A DNA stretch of 63,094 bases, filler included, from Phoronis australis (GCA_002633005.1; 8 parts of 8 records of this genome joined end to end with filler, not necessarily neighbours in it); one strand, 5' to 3'. Positions 1-12,170 are shown, counted from the whole stretch's first letter. The notes: generated by a model not told the origin, from the letters alone. Made by a program: numbers and translations.

Positions 1-1689
1 CTGTCTCCACGCCACCGCCTCGCCTCCACATTAATCCGCACCCCCATGGCAAGGGGGTGCGCAATTGGCGACAACCCGAGGGGTCTTATGAGTGGTGGCG
101 ATAGGGAGGAACCTGGCTCAGGGGCCAAGAGTGCAATATTTTGACGAGATTTCAGCGAAAAGTGCCCAACTTCTCTTTCAAAAAAAATTCTGGTTTGCAC
201 GCTGTTCATGGTCCCTCTTCCTTGGGTATCTCTATCGCAAACCTCCAATAGTGAGGCCGTGTTTGAGTGACCAGGATTGTGGATCGACCGTGGGATGTTA
301 AACAACTAGAAGAAAACGAATTAAGTCGTTTCGTTAAACCTACATTAAACCATCTTCTGGTGTCAGAAACATTAACTTACTTCACATCCGTATTTCAGTT
401 ACCCTTTCAAAACAACTGCAAACCACCGACTCCACACAAAGAAGCGAATTGTCGATTGAGAATCCTTATCACTATTGGTCTCAACCTGTTCTAATTACTC
501 AGACGAGAATTACTTTGTTCCTTATTTCTCTCCAGGCCAAGCTCGGCTCGACACACGGTGACTGACAAGCACCATTTATAGCCTGGTGTCAAGCACTATC
601 CAACCGTCAGCACTTAGATTAAGGAAGAATTTGAGAAAAAGATATAAAGGTTAACCGAAAGTGTTCATTGCATATCAAATAGTCGTCCTGACAACATAGT
701 AGGCCTTAAAGAGCGGTACACACGAGCGGCGGCGAACAGATCTTCGAAGCTCGAGACACGATGTTTGCGTGCCAAAATTCACACAAGAAACAAGCTTTTC
801 AACAGTGCCTAAAACCTTTGAGATAGACGATAGTTGTTTGTCGAAAAAATGGACAACGCCGCGACAATGGGCCCGGTACAGCACACGAATTAAAGTTCCG
901 TAAGTGAGTGGGGGAGGCATTTGTCAAGCTGTACGTCTAACACCAGAGATAACCTGAAACACGAGGTCGATGACGTATTTTTTCTTCTTTGAATGGATAT
1001 TTAAACTAGTCAAGGTAAATACTGCCCAGGTGAGTTATAATGGTGCGTTTGCTGTAGATTAACATATGAATTTCTATAGTAATATACACGCACTACTACT
1101 AAACAAAAACAAATGCACGATTTCCATTGCTTACTAGACAGAAAGATGTGGTTATCCATGTATCACTGGGGATTCTTAAGCCAGTTTCTTCGAAAATGAA
1201 CCTCGGACAGCGCACTCTGCCACGAGTCTTGACTGTTCTTCATTAATTTTCACCTTGCACCATCCACTGGAGTAGAATTCTAGTTCCCCCATGCTCAGTG
1301 AATACAATGAGACCTCACAAGTCAAATTGAAGAGTCTCATCATCAGAAACACCGAACTATCCATTCCATGACAAGAAATCACATAATTTGTATAAAGAAC
1401 AAACTCCCAACTGCAAGTGGTCTAAATCAGAAGTTAACTTTTGTGACGAAAGGCGGATTTATAGACGATGATCTTCGATGTTACGTGCTTTTATGCTCAG
1501 TGATAATACTAAGAAAGACGAAGGTTTGGCGGGAAACTCGTAGCGCAAGCTGGCCTTTTTATATTTTAGTGATGTACACTACAAAGTTCTAAATGGAATG
1601 AACTTGGGCGGTGACGTCACTTCCTTCACAGAAACTTATACCTCAAACTTTGAGGAACTTGTCAGAAACTGAAGAATAAGGAAAGAAAA

Positions 1690-1990
1690 ATCTAAGTTGC
1701 CACTATAGGAGGCGACACTGGTGCCTCATCAACATCAACTGTGATCTCCTGAGAACCAAATTTCATTAAAGTCCATCAAGGAACGTCCATGGTAGATAAA
1801 AGCACAGGCAAGACACAAATGGCCACTAAGGGGCACCACTGCAGTTGGACCAATCCAAAAATCAACCACCTTTGTGATGTCCCCAATAGGAACATATGCA
1901 CCAAATTCCATGAAGATACACTACGAAACTTGGTAGATATTGATGAGTATACGAAGAAATGATACCAGGGGTTTCAGAGATATAGCAACC
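1690..1990. repeat. Dispersed copy of the ~150-bp subunit satellite seen at 10.6-11.3 kb
   Basis: Shares the ccaaattt/ccatgaa and gccacta..ggc motifs with 10583-11320. Confidence 0.6.
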
Positions 1991-3790
1991 AAAACAGAGA
2001 CTAGAGATGTTCAGTTGCAATATAAACCTACACAAGAACACGTGAACACATCAAAACAAGAATGTTTATTTGCCCATAGTTTAGTTTCACTTACGCTGTT
2101 TCCCACAAAAGCAGTCCTACCCAAATATCCCTGTCTTCAGTTTTGAAAGACTCTAAACTGCAACCAATGTCAATGACAAAGTAGAATTTTGTATTCAGAA
2201 ATTTCACAAATCCCAATTTCACTGTGTCATACAGTGTACTTAGTGAAACATTAGTCAACTTTAGGCAATTCTCCTACTCCAGTTCAGAGGGGCAGGAAGC
2301 TGCAAGCCTCAATTTGAGGCCCACACAACCAAACTTTACTGCGGACATAACTGGATGAATAGAGTGAGAGTAACTATTACAAATTCATACACTGTGCATT
2401 GGTCAACTTCCTAGTTGAGTTTTGGGAAATAGTTGGGAAGTCACGGTGCCAGATATATTGTATATCATGAACTTCAAATTGACGATACATCAGTTTACAC
2501 ATAGGGGGAGCTGTGGCTCTTAGTTATAACTACTATCATCACATTCTAGTACACCATCATACACAAAGAGGGAGCTGTCGACCTTGGTTCCAGCACTACG
2601 ATCGAGGATCACATCCTACTCCAGCAGACATCCAAACTAAGACACAAGGACTAATGTGCATCTTGGTCCGAACTCTATGACAAAGATGTCAGCCATTTCA
2701 AATCTCCTATGAGAGAGATATAAGTTTCAGAAATAACCAGTTCAACCCCACAAAAGTTGAGTTGTGGAGCTTGGTTTTAACTCTCCTGAGACATCACAAT
2801 ACACACAGCGATAGAGAGCATAGATCTTTGTTCAAAATCAGGTCCTACTTGTATAAAGCACGAAATTTGGAAAATTGTCATTAACCGAAGGAGACCTAAC
2901 CAACACCAAGTGCTATTCTCAATACAGTAAAATTTCACCACTTTAAGACAAAAATAATTGTAAAATCAAACACTTTCCAAAGGTTTCTCACATTGTTAGT
3001 AATACGCACATTTTCAAAATGGAGTACGGTGGACAGTTGGAAACTATGACAAAAAACTTGGAAACCATAAAGGATTAGCTTCGCGACATTAATCTTTTAT
3101 GAAAAAAGAAAACAAAATTACGGCAGTCTACCATGCATGGTGACAACATAGCCAAACAAGATAAACCCATAAGACCGGAGATCCCGCTACAAGCAGTAAA
3201 CATCATCCCATCGAAAGACGAGAAATCTCCTGGGATCAAGGACTAGGTAAATACAGTCTAGCAGACCAAGTTGAAATAGTAACATTGTAACCTAAATGCC
3301 GAGACTTTACCACAAGTGAAATTTGTTAGCAAAAGCTACGAGAAAACATTCAATAAGACCTCCTTTGTATAAAAGTCGACAAGTTTATTCAATTAATTTG
3401 AAACAACATACAGAACCTCTACAATGGCAGAACAAAAATAAATGGGGGCATTCGCTTTACAAAAAGTTCACAAGAACAAGCGTGCGATGTAAGGAGTCGT
3501 CTATTAACTGCCTTCAAATTGACGCATCACGTTCATGATTTGACACGCGCACAATTCTTCTCCTGAGACTGGCACTCCATTGTCAAAACACAGTGCTACT
3601 ATTCATAATGGGGCACTATCCCTGCAGCGTTGGGATGTCCACGTAATTGATATACATAGTAAACTTCCTGCTTGATTAGCGTCCACTGTACACTATGTAA
3701 TGCATGCTTAAAATTGCTGTATGCGTCCCTGCACAACGTACGATGAGTTAAACAGAGTCCAATCAAACACAGACTGAAGCGGCGCCACGA

Positions 3791-3805
3791 TTAGAAACCA
3801 TGAAC
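3791..3805 (-). CDS. EIF1: eIF1/SUI1 terminal coding exon (VHGF-stop)
   Basis: Minus strand ttccag|GTT CAT GGT TTC TAA. VHGF* is the canonical eIF1 C-terminus and is in phase with the upstream exon. Confidence 0.9.
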   Translation of the reverse strand, partial: VHGF

Positions 3806-3973
3806 CTGGAACAGACAAACAAACACATAAATAAACAAACAACCAAGATGTACATTTCCACGTTAATTAACACTCCAGAACAAACAAGATTTTCACTCAG
3901 CAAACTGAAATCAACCTTAATATCCAGCATTAAGTGAACGAGTTGTACACACAGAGTTTCAAAATTGACTGAC

Positions 3974-5455
3974 AGGAGAACGCAACCTTTTGTCATGCCA
4001 TTTTTAGTAAAAATATGGTTTGTTGATTATCCCAGACATATTTTTCAGTTAGTAATGGCTTCCTGTAATTTTGTTAATTAGTTGTGCCTTACTCCGGAAG
4101 TGACGTTTAGTGGGTTAAGAATTTCCCGCCATTTTATTTACATAGAGGCCGACTGAGTGAGCTGTCCAGAGTCATTGTTTTACTCCGGTTGCGGTAAGTT
4201 CCGCAGTCGTCGTTAGCGTTTACGAATCAGTGAACATGCTAGTAATACTGAATAGGCTCACGCTAGCCGCTCGCCATTGGTGAATTCCGAGTGGCACTGG
4301 CCATGGTAGAGCTAAGTCAGAACGATGACACACACCGATGTACTTGGCTCTTTTGTGTGAAGAACACAGCGTTAACCGTTGACGAAATGTACAAATCAGA
4401 GGAGAATTACCGAGTACCTAACGAGCGTTTTCTGGCGTCAGTTTACAAAAGAGAGATGAATGTGGAATTGATGCTGGTTCCTGCAAAACAACGACTGAAA
4501 AAGGGTGTCATACTGTCGTTGTTGATTCAGGGCAGTGCCTTGTCGCCACCCCATGAGAAGTGCATTTCTGAAGCTTGAAGCTTTGCGAGTTGTGGCCACT
4601 ACAGTGACTGGAGGCAGTGCCTCCGAACGTACCCCAGAGCATGCAATTCCGGGAACTAGCAATGATTTGCCATGTACTGGCATTGTGTCCAGCCCAGAGC
4701 CTGTAAGCAGCCCTGCAGCGATGTTGAGTAGTGGGAATGAATACAGGCCCAGTTCGACACCCAGTGAGAAAAACTTTGATAAAATCATTGTGGACTTCAC
4801 TAAAGAACGGAAGGTATTCAGAAGGTGCCAGGTGCATGGCGAAAGAGTCACACGGCAGGATGTAACCAGTTTGGGTGCTCAGGTCACCATCCAGTTAGAA
4901 CAGCATAGGCATTCCATTGAGTTTGGAATAACAGTTCATACCGTGCACATTCCCCAATACATCCCACCACGTCTATCCTCTCTCTGCCTCATCCCTCTCA
5001 TAGCTGTCTGTGTGTAGTCTACCTCACTACTGAGGCTTAAACATGTATCCACCCACTGACTGTTCGCGAAAAAAAAATCCACCACTTCTATGAACAATAT
5101 CTCCATCGCTGTGCCTGTGATATGGGTCCCCGACTCCAGTCATTTCCAGCCTCTTACAAACTAAACAATCCCCAAGTCCAAGGTAATTGAGTTGTTTAAC
5201 AACCTAGCTCGTCGCACAATACGAGAGTTTTAGGAAACCAGCACAAAAACAACAGTGGAACAGAACTTCACACTAAACTCGAGCACAGGAACAAAACGAC
5301 GGGAAATTCTTAACCCCCTAAACGTTACTTCGAGAGTTGGGCACGAGTAATCAATAAAATTACGGGAAGCTGTAATTAACTGAAACATACGTCAGGGATA
5401 ATCAACAAACCGCATTTGTTACTAAAAATAACGTGCAAAAAGGTTGCCTTCTCCT
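3974..5455 (+). mobile_element. Kolobok-type DNA transposon derivative with a decayed THAP-like ORF, in an eIF1 intron
   Basis: ~110-bp TIRs (aggagaacgcaaccttttg... at 3974; ...caaaaaggttgccttctcct at 5455, followed by TTAA). The left TTAA is absent. Internal 4291-4600 reads as a degenerate THAP (R..WL..VK...RLKKGVI, RSAFLKLE). Confidence 0.7.
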
Positions 5456-6063
5456 TTAACACGATACAATGTTAACGGAGATGGAGAAATGACCGTTTTT
5501 AGTTACTCATGGATACCATTGCCAATAGGAATCCTCTCAGAAACGTTCTAGTGTGATGTAGAGTATGTATTCCTTGCACACTGGTCCCAGCAGCAGCGCT
5601 GAGCCTGCTGCGGCTTACAGAACCAGGTACTGTAAACTCAAAAGGTGATTAACGTCTATGAATTTAATCACACACAGTAACAACAGTCTACAAGAACACA
5701 AAGCCATGACGCTTTCAGTTGCCCAGCCTCTCCACATCCTGCCAAATTGAAAGCAAAAACCATGCCTTAATGCTATCATACTGGGAGCATAGTTGTCTGA
5801 TTTATATATTTATAAATGGATGTTCTTCATGTCAACAGAAAAAGAGGGTTAATATCATTTTGTTCCAAAGGTGGCCTAGTTTTGAGTTTCAAGCCATCGG
5901 ACTCAAATCTTAGTCCAAGACAGGATTTGCGCTCTAAACAAGCAGTGGAGTTTCTTCTCGTTACTAAATGCAATCTTCACAGAAGAGCCCAGTCATTTTA
6001 TGGGTTTTCTGTGACGAATGGACCGAGTTTCAGAAGGGTTCGGCAGCAAGCAGGTGCACTAAC

Positions 6064-6195
6064 CTTGACGTTATCTACACTGGCGAGCTCGTGCTCAATC
6101 AGAAAGTCCCTTGTTTTCAGCCTCCAGTCACCTTGCAGCTGTATGACCTCGCCGTACTCAACATGCTCTACCACAGTACCATTGCAGTTGAAGTC
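6064..6195 (-). CDS. EIF1: eIF1/SUI1 internal exon (DFNCNGTVVEHVEYGEVIQLQGDWRLKTRDFLIEHELASVDNVK)
   Basis: 132 nt, ccctttag| ... |gttagt, phase 0-0. Matches the SUI1 signature FxCNGTV..H.EYGEVIQLQGD. Confidence 0.95.
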
Positions 6196-6376
6196 CTAAA
6201 GGGAGAGACAGAGTACAGGGCATGATGGGAGTGGAAGTCCTAAAGGGAGAGACAGAGTACAGGGCATGATGGGAGTGGAAGTCCTAAAGGGAGAGACAGA
6301 GTACAGGGCATGATGGGAGTGGAAGTCCTAAAGGGAGAGACAGAGTACAGGGCATGACGGGAGTGGAAGTCGTAAA
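6190..6376. repeat. 44-bp minisatellite (~4.3 copies) overlapping the eIF1 exon acceptor
   Basis: Unit gaagtcctaaagggagagacagagtacagggcatgatgggagtg at 6190, 6234, 6278 and 6322, with a partial copy at 6366. Confidence 0.95.
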
Positions 6377-7408
6377 GGCATTACCAGATTGGTGAAAAGG
6401 GGGAAATAACATACTGATTGAAACATCAACTCTCACTGGCAATTTTTAGAACTGAATAACTCAGTGCCAAATAAATTTTGAGGATACATAGAACGTAGGT
6501 TGCAACCCATTGAAAACGCTAAAAATTATTTGTTGATCGACCCTTGCAAAACTTTCAGGATAACACGAACACAGTTTTAAAGTATTTTAAAACGATGACA
6601 TCACACGTTTGAATAGTTTGCCTTGGAGAGTATTCCGGATTTCAGATGAAAAACACCATCAAAGGTTAATGAAGATTTTGGGCAGAAATACACACTCCAC
6701 TGGCCGCGGTACACCTCAGCTCATGTCTGACATTTCAAACTCGAATCTTGAATCAGAATCCTTTTAAAATTGAGTCAATTAAACCTCAATAATTGATAGT
6801 TTAGAGGCCAAAGCACCAATAGCAGTAAAAACTGCATTTTGTTTGGCCTTTAGCAACACTGTCACCTTGTCGTCAGCCAGTGTTGTCAAAATGTAGTTTA
6901 CTTCCATGGAATTTAGGACCAACCAAGTCAAACATAGGAACTGGCCAATCGATGTATTGGGCAGTGAACGTGCCGAAAGGTGCTCTTGGCAGTGAAAGAG
7001 CAAATGAACAAATTTCACACACATAGCTTGTAAGTAGGAACAAATAAAGGTTAAAAGTGTATTTTTAAGTGCAAATATGTACGGCTCTGCCAGGGAATTA
7101 AACAAAAACANAAATGAAATCAACATAATGAGACAAACCAGATGAAAAAAGACAGAGCTTGAAATCGTGTAAAAGGAAATTGAAATAAAAAAAGAGGAAA
7201 TCCTCTTAAAATAGGTAAATTAGAAGCTGTGCTTGCTTCATTACCTGCTTCAGAACATCTTTTTCTACGACAGACTATAATGAGCAGCAGTTAAGTGAAG
7301 TGAATACACGCAATACGTGTAAGGGATCAGGCAAAGCAAACAACTCTTGGTAAACGTATGCAACACCCTCGGTAGAATGACAGTGACAGCTAGAGTGCAC
7401 GAACATAC

Positions 7409-7566
7409 CTTTTTACATTGTCTCACAATTTTCTTCAAGTCGAACTTCGTAGGTATGCCTTGCACTGTCGTTAGCGTCTTACGACCATTCCGTTGCTGGA
7501 CACGGATGTGTATGAGGTTCTGACTGGTTGAGCCCTCATCATGTCCTGAGGCATCCGCAAAGGGAT
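7409..7566 (-). CDS. EIF1: eIF1/SUI1 exon 2 (PFADASGHDEGSTSQNLIHIRVQQRNGRKTLTTVQGIPTKFDLKKIVRQCKK)
   Basis: 158 nt, ttgtag|AT...AAG|gtatgt. IHIRxQQRNGRKTLTTVQGI is the eIF1 hallmark. Exon 1 was not securely located. Confidence 0.95.
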
Positions 7567-7616
7567 CTACAACAAGTCAGTCGGGAGTGAGAAACGAAAA
7601 CGCTCGGTCTCAGTGG

Positions 7617-8284
7617 CAGGGCTCAACATTAACAAGTAGTTGAAATTTCCACTTGCCCGAACAATTAATTCAATTGCCCCAAGTACAATCCCAAATAGCA
7701 CCGTGCATGTGCACACCTAGGTAATGTGTTACTGTAGGGCTGCCTGTGCTGAGCCACCTCTTGTGTCGTGCATGCTATTTTCCAGAGTTGCTATTTTTTA
7801 ACGATTCTTCTTATAGAACATTTAATACAAGGTACCGATGACCAGAACTGTGCAAGATTTTCATGGATAGCAAAAATTCAAATTCAGGTTAAACAACAAC
7901 TCAAGTTTAGGCCTAATGCATGAGGCTGTATAAACTAATGAATACACAGAAGTGTCTAGAGTTCATGTCCTAGCTCATTTCGGTGCCTGTGAACATGAGA
8001 CAATGGTTCAAATACCATAGTTACTCTTCTAATTTGTCTCTGTAGTGTTTTGACACACCTTATAAATAGATGTTCTATAAGAAGAATCGTTAAAAAAATA
8101 GCAACTCTGGAAAATAGCATGTACGACACAAGACGAGGCTCAGCACAGGCAGCCCTACGGTAACACATTGCCTAGGTGTGCACATGCACGGTGCTATTTA
8201 AGATTGTACTTGGGGCAAGTGAATTTGTTGTTCGGGCAACTAAAAATTTCAACTACTGGCTTAAAAAGTTAATGTTGAGCCCTG
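7617..8284. mobile_element. Foldback MITE with ~210-bp TIRs and hAT-like CAGGG ends
   Basis: cagggctcaacattaac... / ...gttaatgttgagccctg. The arms 7617-7830 and ~8065-8284 are reverse complements. No clean TSD. Confidence 0.85.
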
Positions 8285-8474
8285 GACAAGTGGGAACGAT
8301 GCACCGCAACATAGCAGCATTCACTGTGCAGACAAATCACTGACGTCGCTGCCTCATTTCACACCTTCCTCACAGGTTAACGCGACACCTCTCTCCAAGG
8401 TAGGGTCGACTGTATAAGTGGCGATGTGGATATAGACGGTAAAAAAGACTAATTAAATTGGGTGGCATTCTCCT
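8285..8474 (-). mobile_element. Terminal fragment of the Kolobok family seen at 44436-46059
   Basis: 8290-8415 is homologous to 45930-46059. It ends ...gggtggcattctcct|TTAA, the inverse of TTAA|aggagcatgccaccc at 44436. Confidence 0.7.
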
Positions 8475-9099
8475 TTAACTGCCTCTTAGTAAAGTGAACC
8501 ATGTTTACTGTTGGTAAAATCAGGCTCTGATTACCGTTGACGCTGAGTACCAAGCCAGCCAAGGTTTTAAACCTGGAGCGTCAATTTTTAAACTTGACGC
8601 ACTTTTTCCAAACTAGACGCGGCAAAATCCAAATTCGTTAACCCGTCGAGTCAAAACAGGGCGTGGAGAACAATGGGCAGTGCTGTCGTGTTAGTTCAAG
8701 GCATACAAATTGATTGGCCGATGTCTTGTAACGACCAATTACCCACTACGCAAACACAGGCACCTTTAGCAGACGCTTGACATTATACAGAGAAAAGTGA
8801 ACAACTGGTATCCACTGAAGTCAAGGCTATCAGGATGCAACGTGCTCACTGTATCTGCAGCTTACGTTCACCAGTTACATTTGTTGACATAGGCAACAAT
8901 AAATACTAGTGGTACCTCCAAATTTTCTTTATGTGATCCAAAACATTCACCGTTGATACGTCCTCGCCAATTCTTGTGGCCTAAAGTACATCAACGCCCA
9001 TGTTACATCAACTAAAAGCAGCAACCCTAGTACCAGACAAGGCTCGTGGCCGTAACTCACGACCTTTGGGAGCTCACTTTACAACAACCAACTAACATA

Positions 9100-10030
9100 T
9101 ATTCGCCCTAATAACCACTCATGGCGCTTATTGTAACCCAAAGCGGTTGAAACCCGGTCTCCGAAACGAGTGAAATCGGAAGCTAAGATTCATCATATTT
9201 AAGCTCTGTGACGTAGCTGTAACAGACTTACTATAAAATTGTAGTGCATTGCTATCAAACTTTGCTGTTAAATTGTGATCCTTTTACAGAAAATTATGCT
9301 GAAATCCCAGGGAGAAAACTTGCTGACTGACTGCCTCGCAATCGTCCATCAGGGCTTGGAATGACCAACGCGGAAACTTTTACGGTCCAAATCATGCGCG
9401 CTACCCAGCCTTGAAATGGTCGATGTGAACCTTTCCCGACAAAAATCGGGAGGACTAAAAATAAAAAAAGTTACCACCATCAGAAGCATGCGTCTGCGTC
9501 CTTTTAGGTCATCCGTCCACTCCCAACCCACACATTTTTGGCTGCAGAGCCGTAGTATTTGTCGCCGCGGTTTACAATAACAAGAGACGCTTTTGAAAAT
9601 TCCACCACGCTATCCCAGATGCCCTGGCAATGTTGACAATTTACGTTCCTCCGGGACATAAAGAGCAACTTCCGCTTTTCGAGGTGAACGTCATCTGCAA
9701 CGCCGCGGTAAGAAAGGAATTTGCCGCGGAATTTTTAAATCAAATCCAATTTTTTATGCGGAAATATAATAAAATGCGTAGACAGAACATTTGAAAAAAG
9801 CGGAAATCCTCGTTTCCGCGGAAAATTCCAAGCCCTGGTCCATATGGCGACTTGAATGCTTGAATAAAATACAGTTTCGACTCGAGCAAATTACCTGAAA
9901 TCCTCCTTAAGCTTCCAAATAACGTCCCTAGGATTTTAAGTTCTGTGGAGTCCGGATTAACGGCAGGATAAGTACAAATCTGTGCTACGTCGTGTCATCC
10001 ATGATCGGCAACACAAGAAAAATCTCTGGA
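9100..10030 (-). mobile_element. Non-autonomous DNA element (pogo/Tc1-like end), homologous to 61310-61785 and interrupted by a MITE
   Basis: Its reverse complement aligns by eye with 61310-61760 once 9350-9837 is removed. Confidence 0.7.
9350..9837. mobile_element. MITE with CAGGGCTTGGAAT TIRs, GTCCAT direct repeat and repeated ccgcggaa subterminal motifs
   Basis: gtccat|cagggcttggaat...attccaagccctg|gtccat. The empty site is visible near 61495. Confidence 0.85.
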
Positions 10031-10482
10031 CAGCAGGTGGTATGATGTCATATCCCCTGGTGCGCACAGAGTTAAAAATGGTGAATTAAAGATTTTGGGA
10101 ACTGAACAAGGGACTGCTTGAAGAAAAAGTTTTGATAACAAGAGTATTTGTTCGAGTTAAAAGGAATTAAATACATAGACGGCTAAGGTGTCCCTCTACT
10201 CTAAAGCGCCAAAAGGTATTTATAACAATGTAACATTGACGTTTTAGCATATATAATTCATTGAAAAATCTTCCGGCCTATGAAGCACCTATAGTATAGG
10301 AGCTTCACAGTCTCTACTGTCTATCACCGCTGTGCCTGTGACTGTGTGAGTTACATATCATTGATTCGAAGGGAATTTTTCAATCTCTCAGCCTTTCAGG
10401 GTAATATTGAGGCCTCGTGAGGGGAATTTTGCGTGATTTTTCAATATTTTTTGGAGGGTGGTAAATCCGGAGAGAATTATTG

Positions 10483-10582
10483 NNNNNNNNNNNNNNNNNN
10501 NNNNNNNNNNNNNNNNNNNNNNNNNNTTAATTAATTAANNNNNNNNNNNNNNNNNNNNNNNNNNNNNNNNNNNNNNNNNNNN
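10483..10582. other. Artificial contig spacer (N-run, TTAATTAATTAA, N-run); others start at ~20775, 24493, 39228, 46060, 51425 and 60944
   Basis: The same ~100-bp layout occurs seven times. The 12-mer gives stops in all six frames. Confidence 0.97.
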
Positions 10583-11320
10583 GTTTGGTTGATAGAGGGG
10601 TGGACGCCAAAAAACAGACTCAAAAACAGTAAAAATGGCCACTGGGTGTCACAAACTAAGTCGAATCCATCCAAAACGAAAGAATAGCGTCATCGCACTA
10701 ATAGGTGCCTGCATACCAAATTTCATGAAAATCCGTTTAGAACTTGTGAAGATACAGAGGTAAACGTAAAAAAATAAAATTGCCACTAGGGGGCACACTG
10801 GTAGGTGGATCCGTCCAAAAGTCGTCATGGTCTGTTGGTAACATCATATAATTACACTTATTAAATTTCGTAAAGATTCTGCGAACGGTTTAGGAGATAC
10901 AGCCATAAGCGCAAAAAAAACAAAACTGCCACTAGGAGGCTCCACAGTAATCCAAATCATCTGAAAATCATTGTCAGCTGTCTTCTTTATAGTAAGTACA
11001 TACATGCCAATTTTCACAACCATCCTTTGAGCGGTTTGGTTGATAGAGGGGTGGATGCAAAAATACAGACTCGAAAACAGTAAAAATGGCCACTAGGTGG
11101 CGCAAACTATGTCGAATCCATCTGAAAACGAGGATAGTGTCATCCTACTAATAGGTGCTTACATACCAAATTTCATGAAAATCCGTTCATTACTTTTGAA
11201 GATACAAAGGCAAGTGTAAAAAACTAAAATTGCCACTAGGGGGCACACTGGTAGTCGGATCCGTCCAAAAGTCGTCATGTTCTGTTGCTAACATCATATA
11301 AATATACTTACACAATTTCG
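10583..11320. repeat. Higher-order tandem repeat: ~451-bp unit of three ~150-bp subunits
   Basis: gtttggttgatagaggggtgga at 10583 and 11034. Each subunit has gccactrggnkgc and ccaaatttcatgaa-type motifs. Confidence 0.85.
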
Positions 11321-12170
11321 NCCCCCCCCCACCACATAGCAGTTGATCCATCACCTGCACCATTAATGCTCCTAACTGCATTTCTTCAGTTAGCATGATT
11401 CCTTACTGGCAATCGAGTAATACGCCTAAAACTTGTTATTCTACCAACAATCGTAAAACATCTCTTTTGGTTCTGATTTCTAGCTACATGCAAACTGGTT
11501 AATACTGTTTGACTGACTTTCCACTGCATTGTTTTGAATTTTAAACAACAATATTTTACAACGTTGACTCGCACACAAATGAACGCTTTTAAGTATTTTT
11601 GCAATCCTGTGGCATGTAGTGCAGACCTTCGAAGCACAATGTGATGTAGTGTTTCGTTGTCACAATTTTGTGCCTTGTAGGATTCCATAAACAGTCGTAA
11701 CCCTCAACTATGACTAGCACATTTTTTGACGCTAGGATCACCAAGAGCATGGGTGTTTCCGGTCGCCATTTCCCTCTGTATTCTCTGCCGTGGGCAGTGA
11801 TTGCTCGTGGCTGGATTATCACAAATTACAGATCGATATGTTAAGGACAGTTATCCAAACCTAATGTATGAACAATGACTTTCTCAGCCTTAGGCATGCG
11901 CGTTATGCAAACTATTCACGTTCTGATAAGGACTTGTTTACCGTACTTTTTTGGCCATCGGCCAGGGGGAGAGTATTTTTGTAAGACTCTCTGGGTGAAA
12001 TCTGAAGCCAATGAAGCATCAGGTTATGCTATGTCCTGTATTGTGTACCTACTGTAAAATTGGTGTTCAGTTCTTGCCATTACTTTATACGGGGTCGTAC
12101 TACAAGTCTGTTTTACTGTCATGCTCGTCGCTTGTCGTGAAGCCGGTACTTTCCATTAGGTCGTCCGTTT

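Noticed and set aside
1176-1382. Possible Gypsy RT remnant (YSSGWCKVKINEEQSRLV...)
   Set aside because: The resemblance is short and weak, with no supporting motifs nearby.
2950-3500. Possible LINE 3'-end remnant (MEYG..., ISWD)
   Set aside because: Too degraded to support without an alignment.
4438-5017. Overlapping 109-160-aa ORFs
   Set aside because: They lie inside the Kolobok-type element in an eIF1 intron and represent decayed transposon sequence and its antisense.
9891-10002. Candidate eIF1 exon 1 ending in cag|gtaatt on the minus strand
   Set aside because: It lies within a dispersed repeat also present at 61.3-61.5 kb, and its ATG frame stops after five codons.
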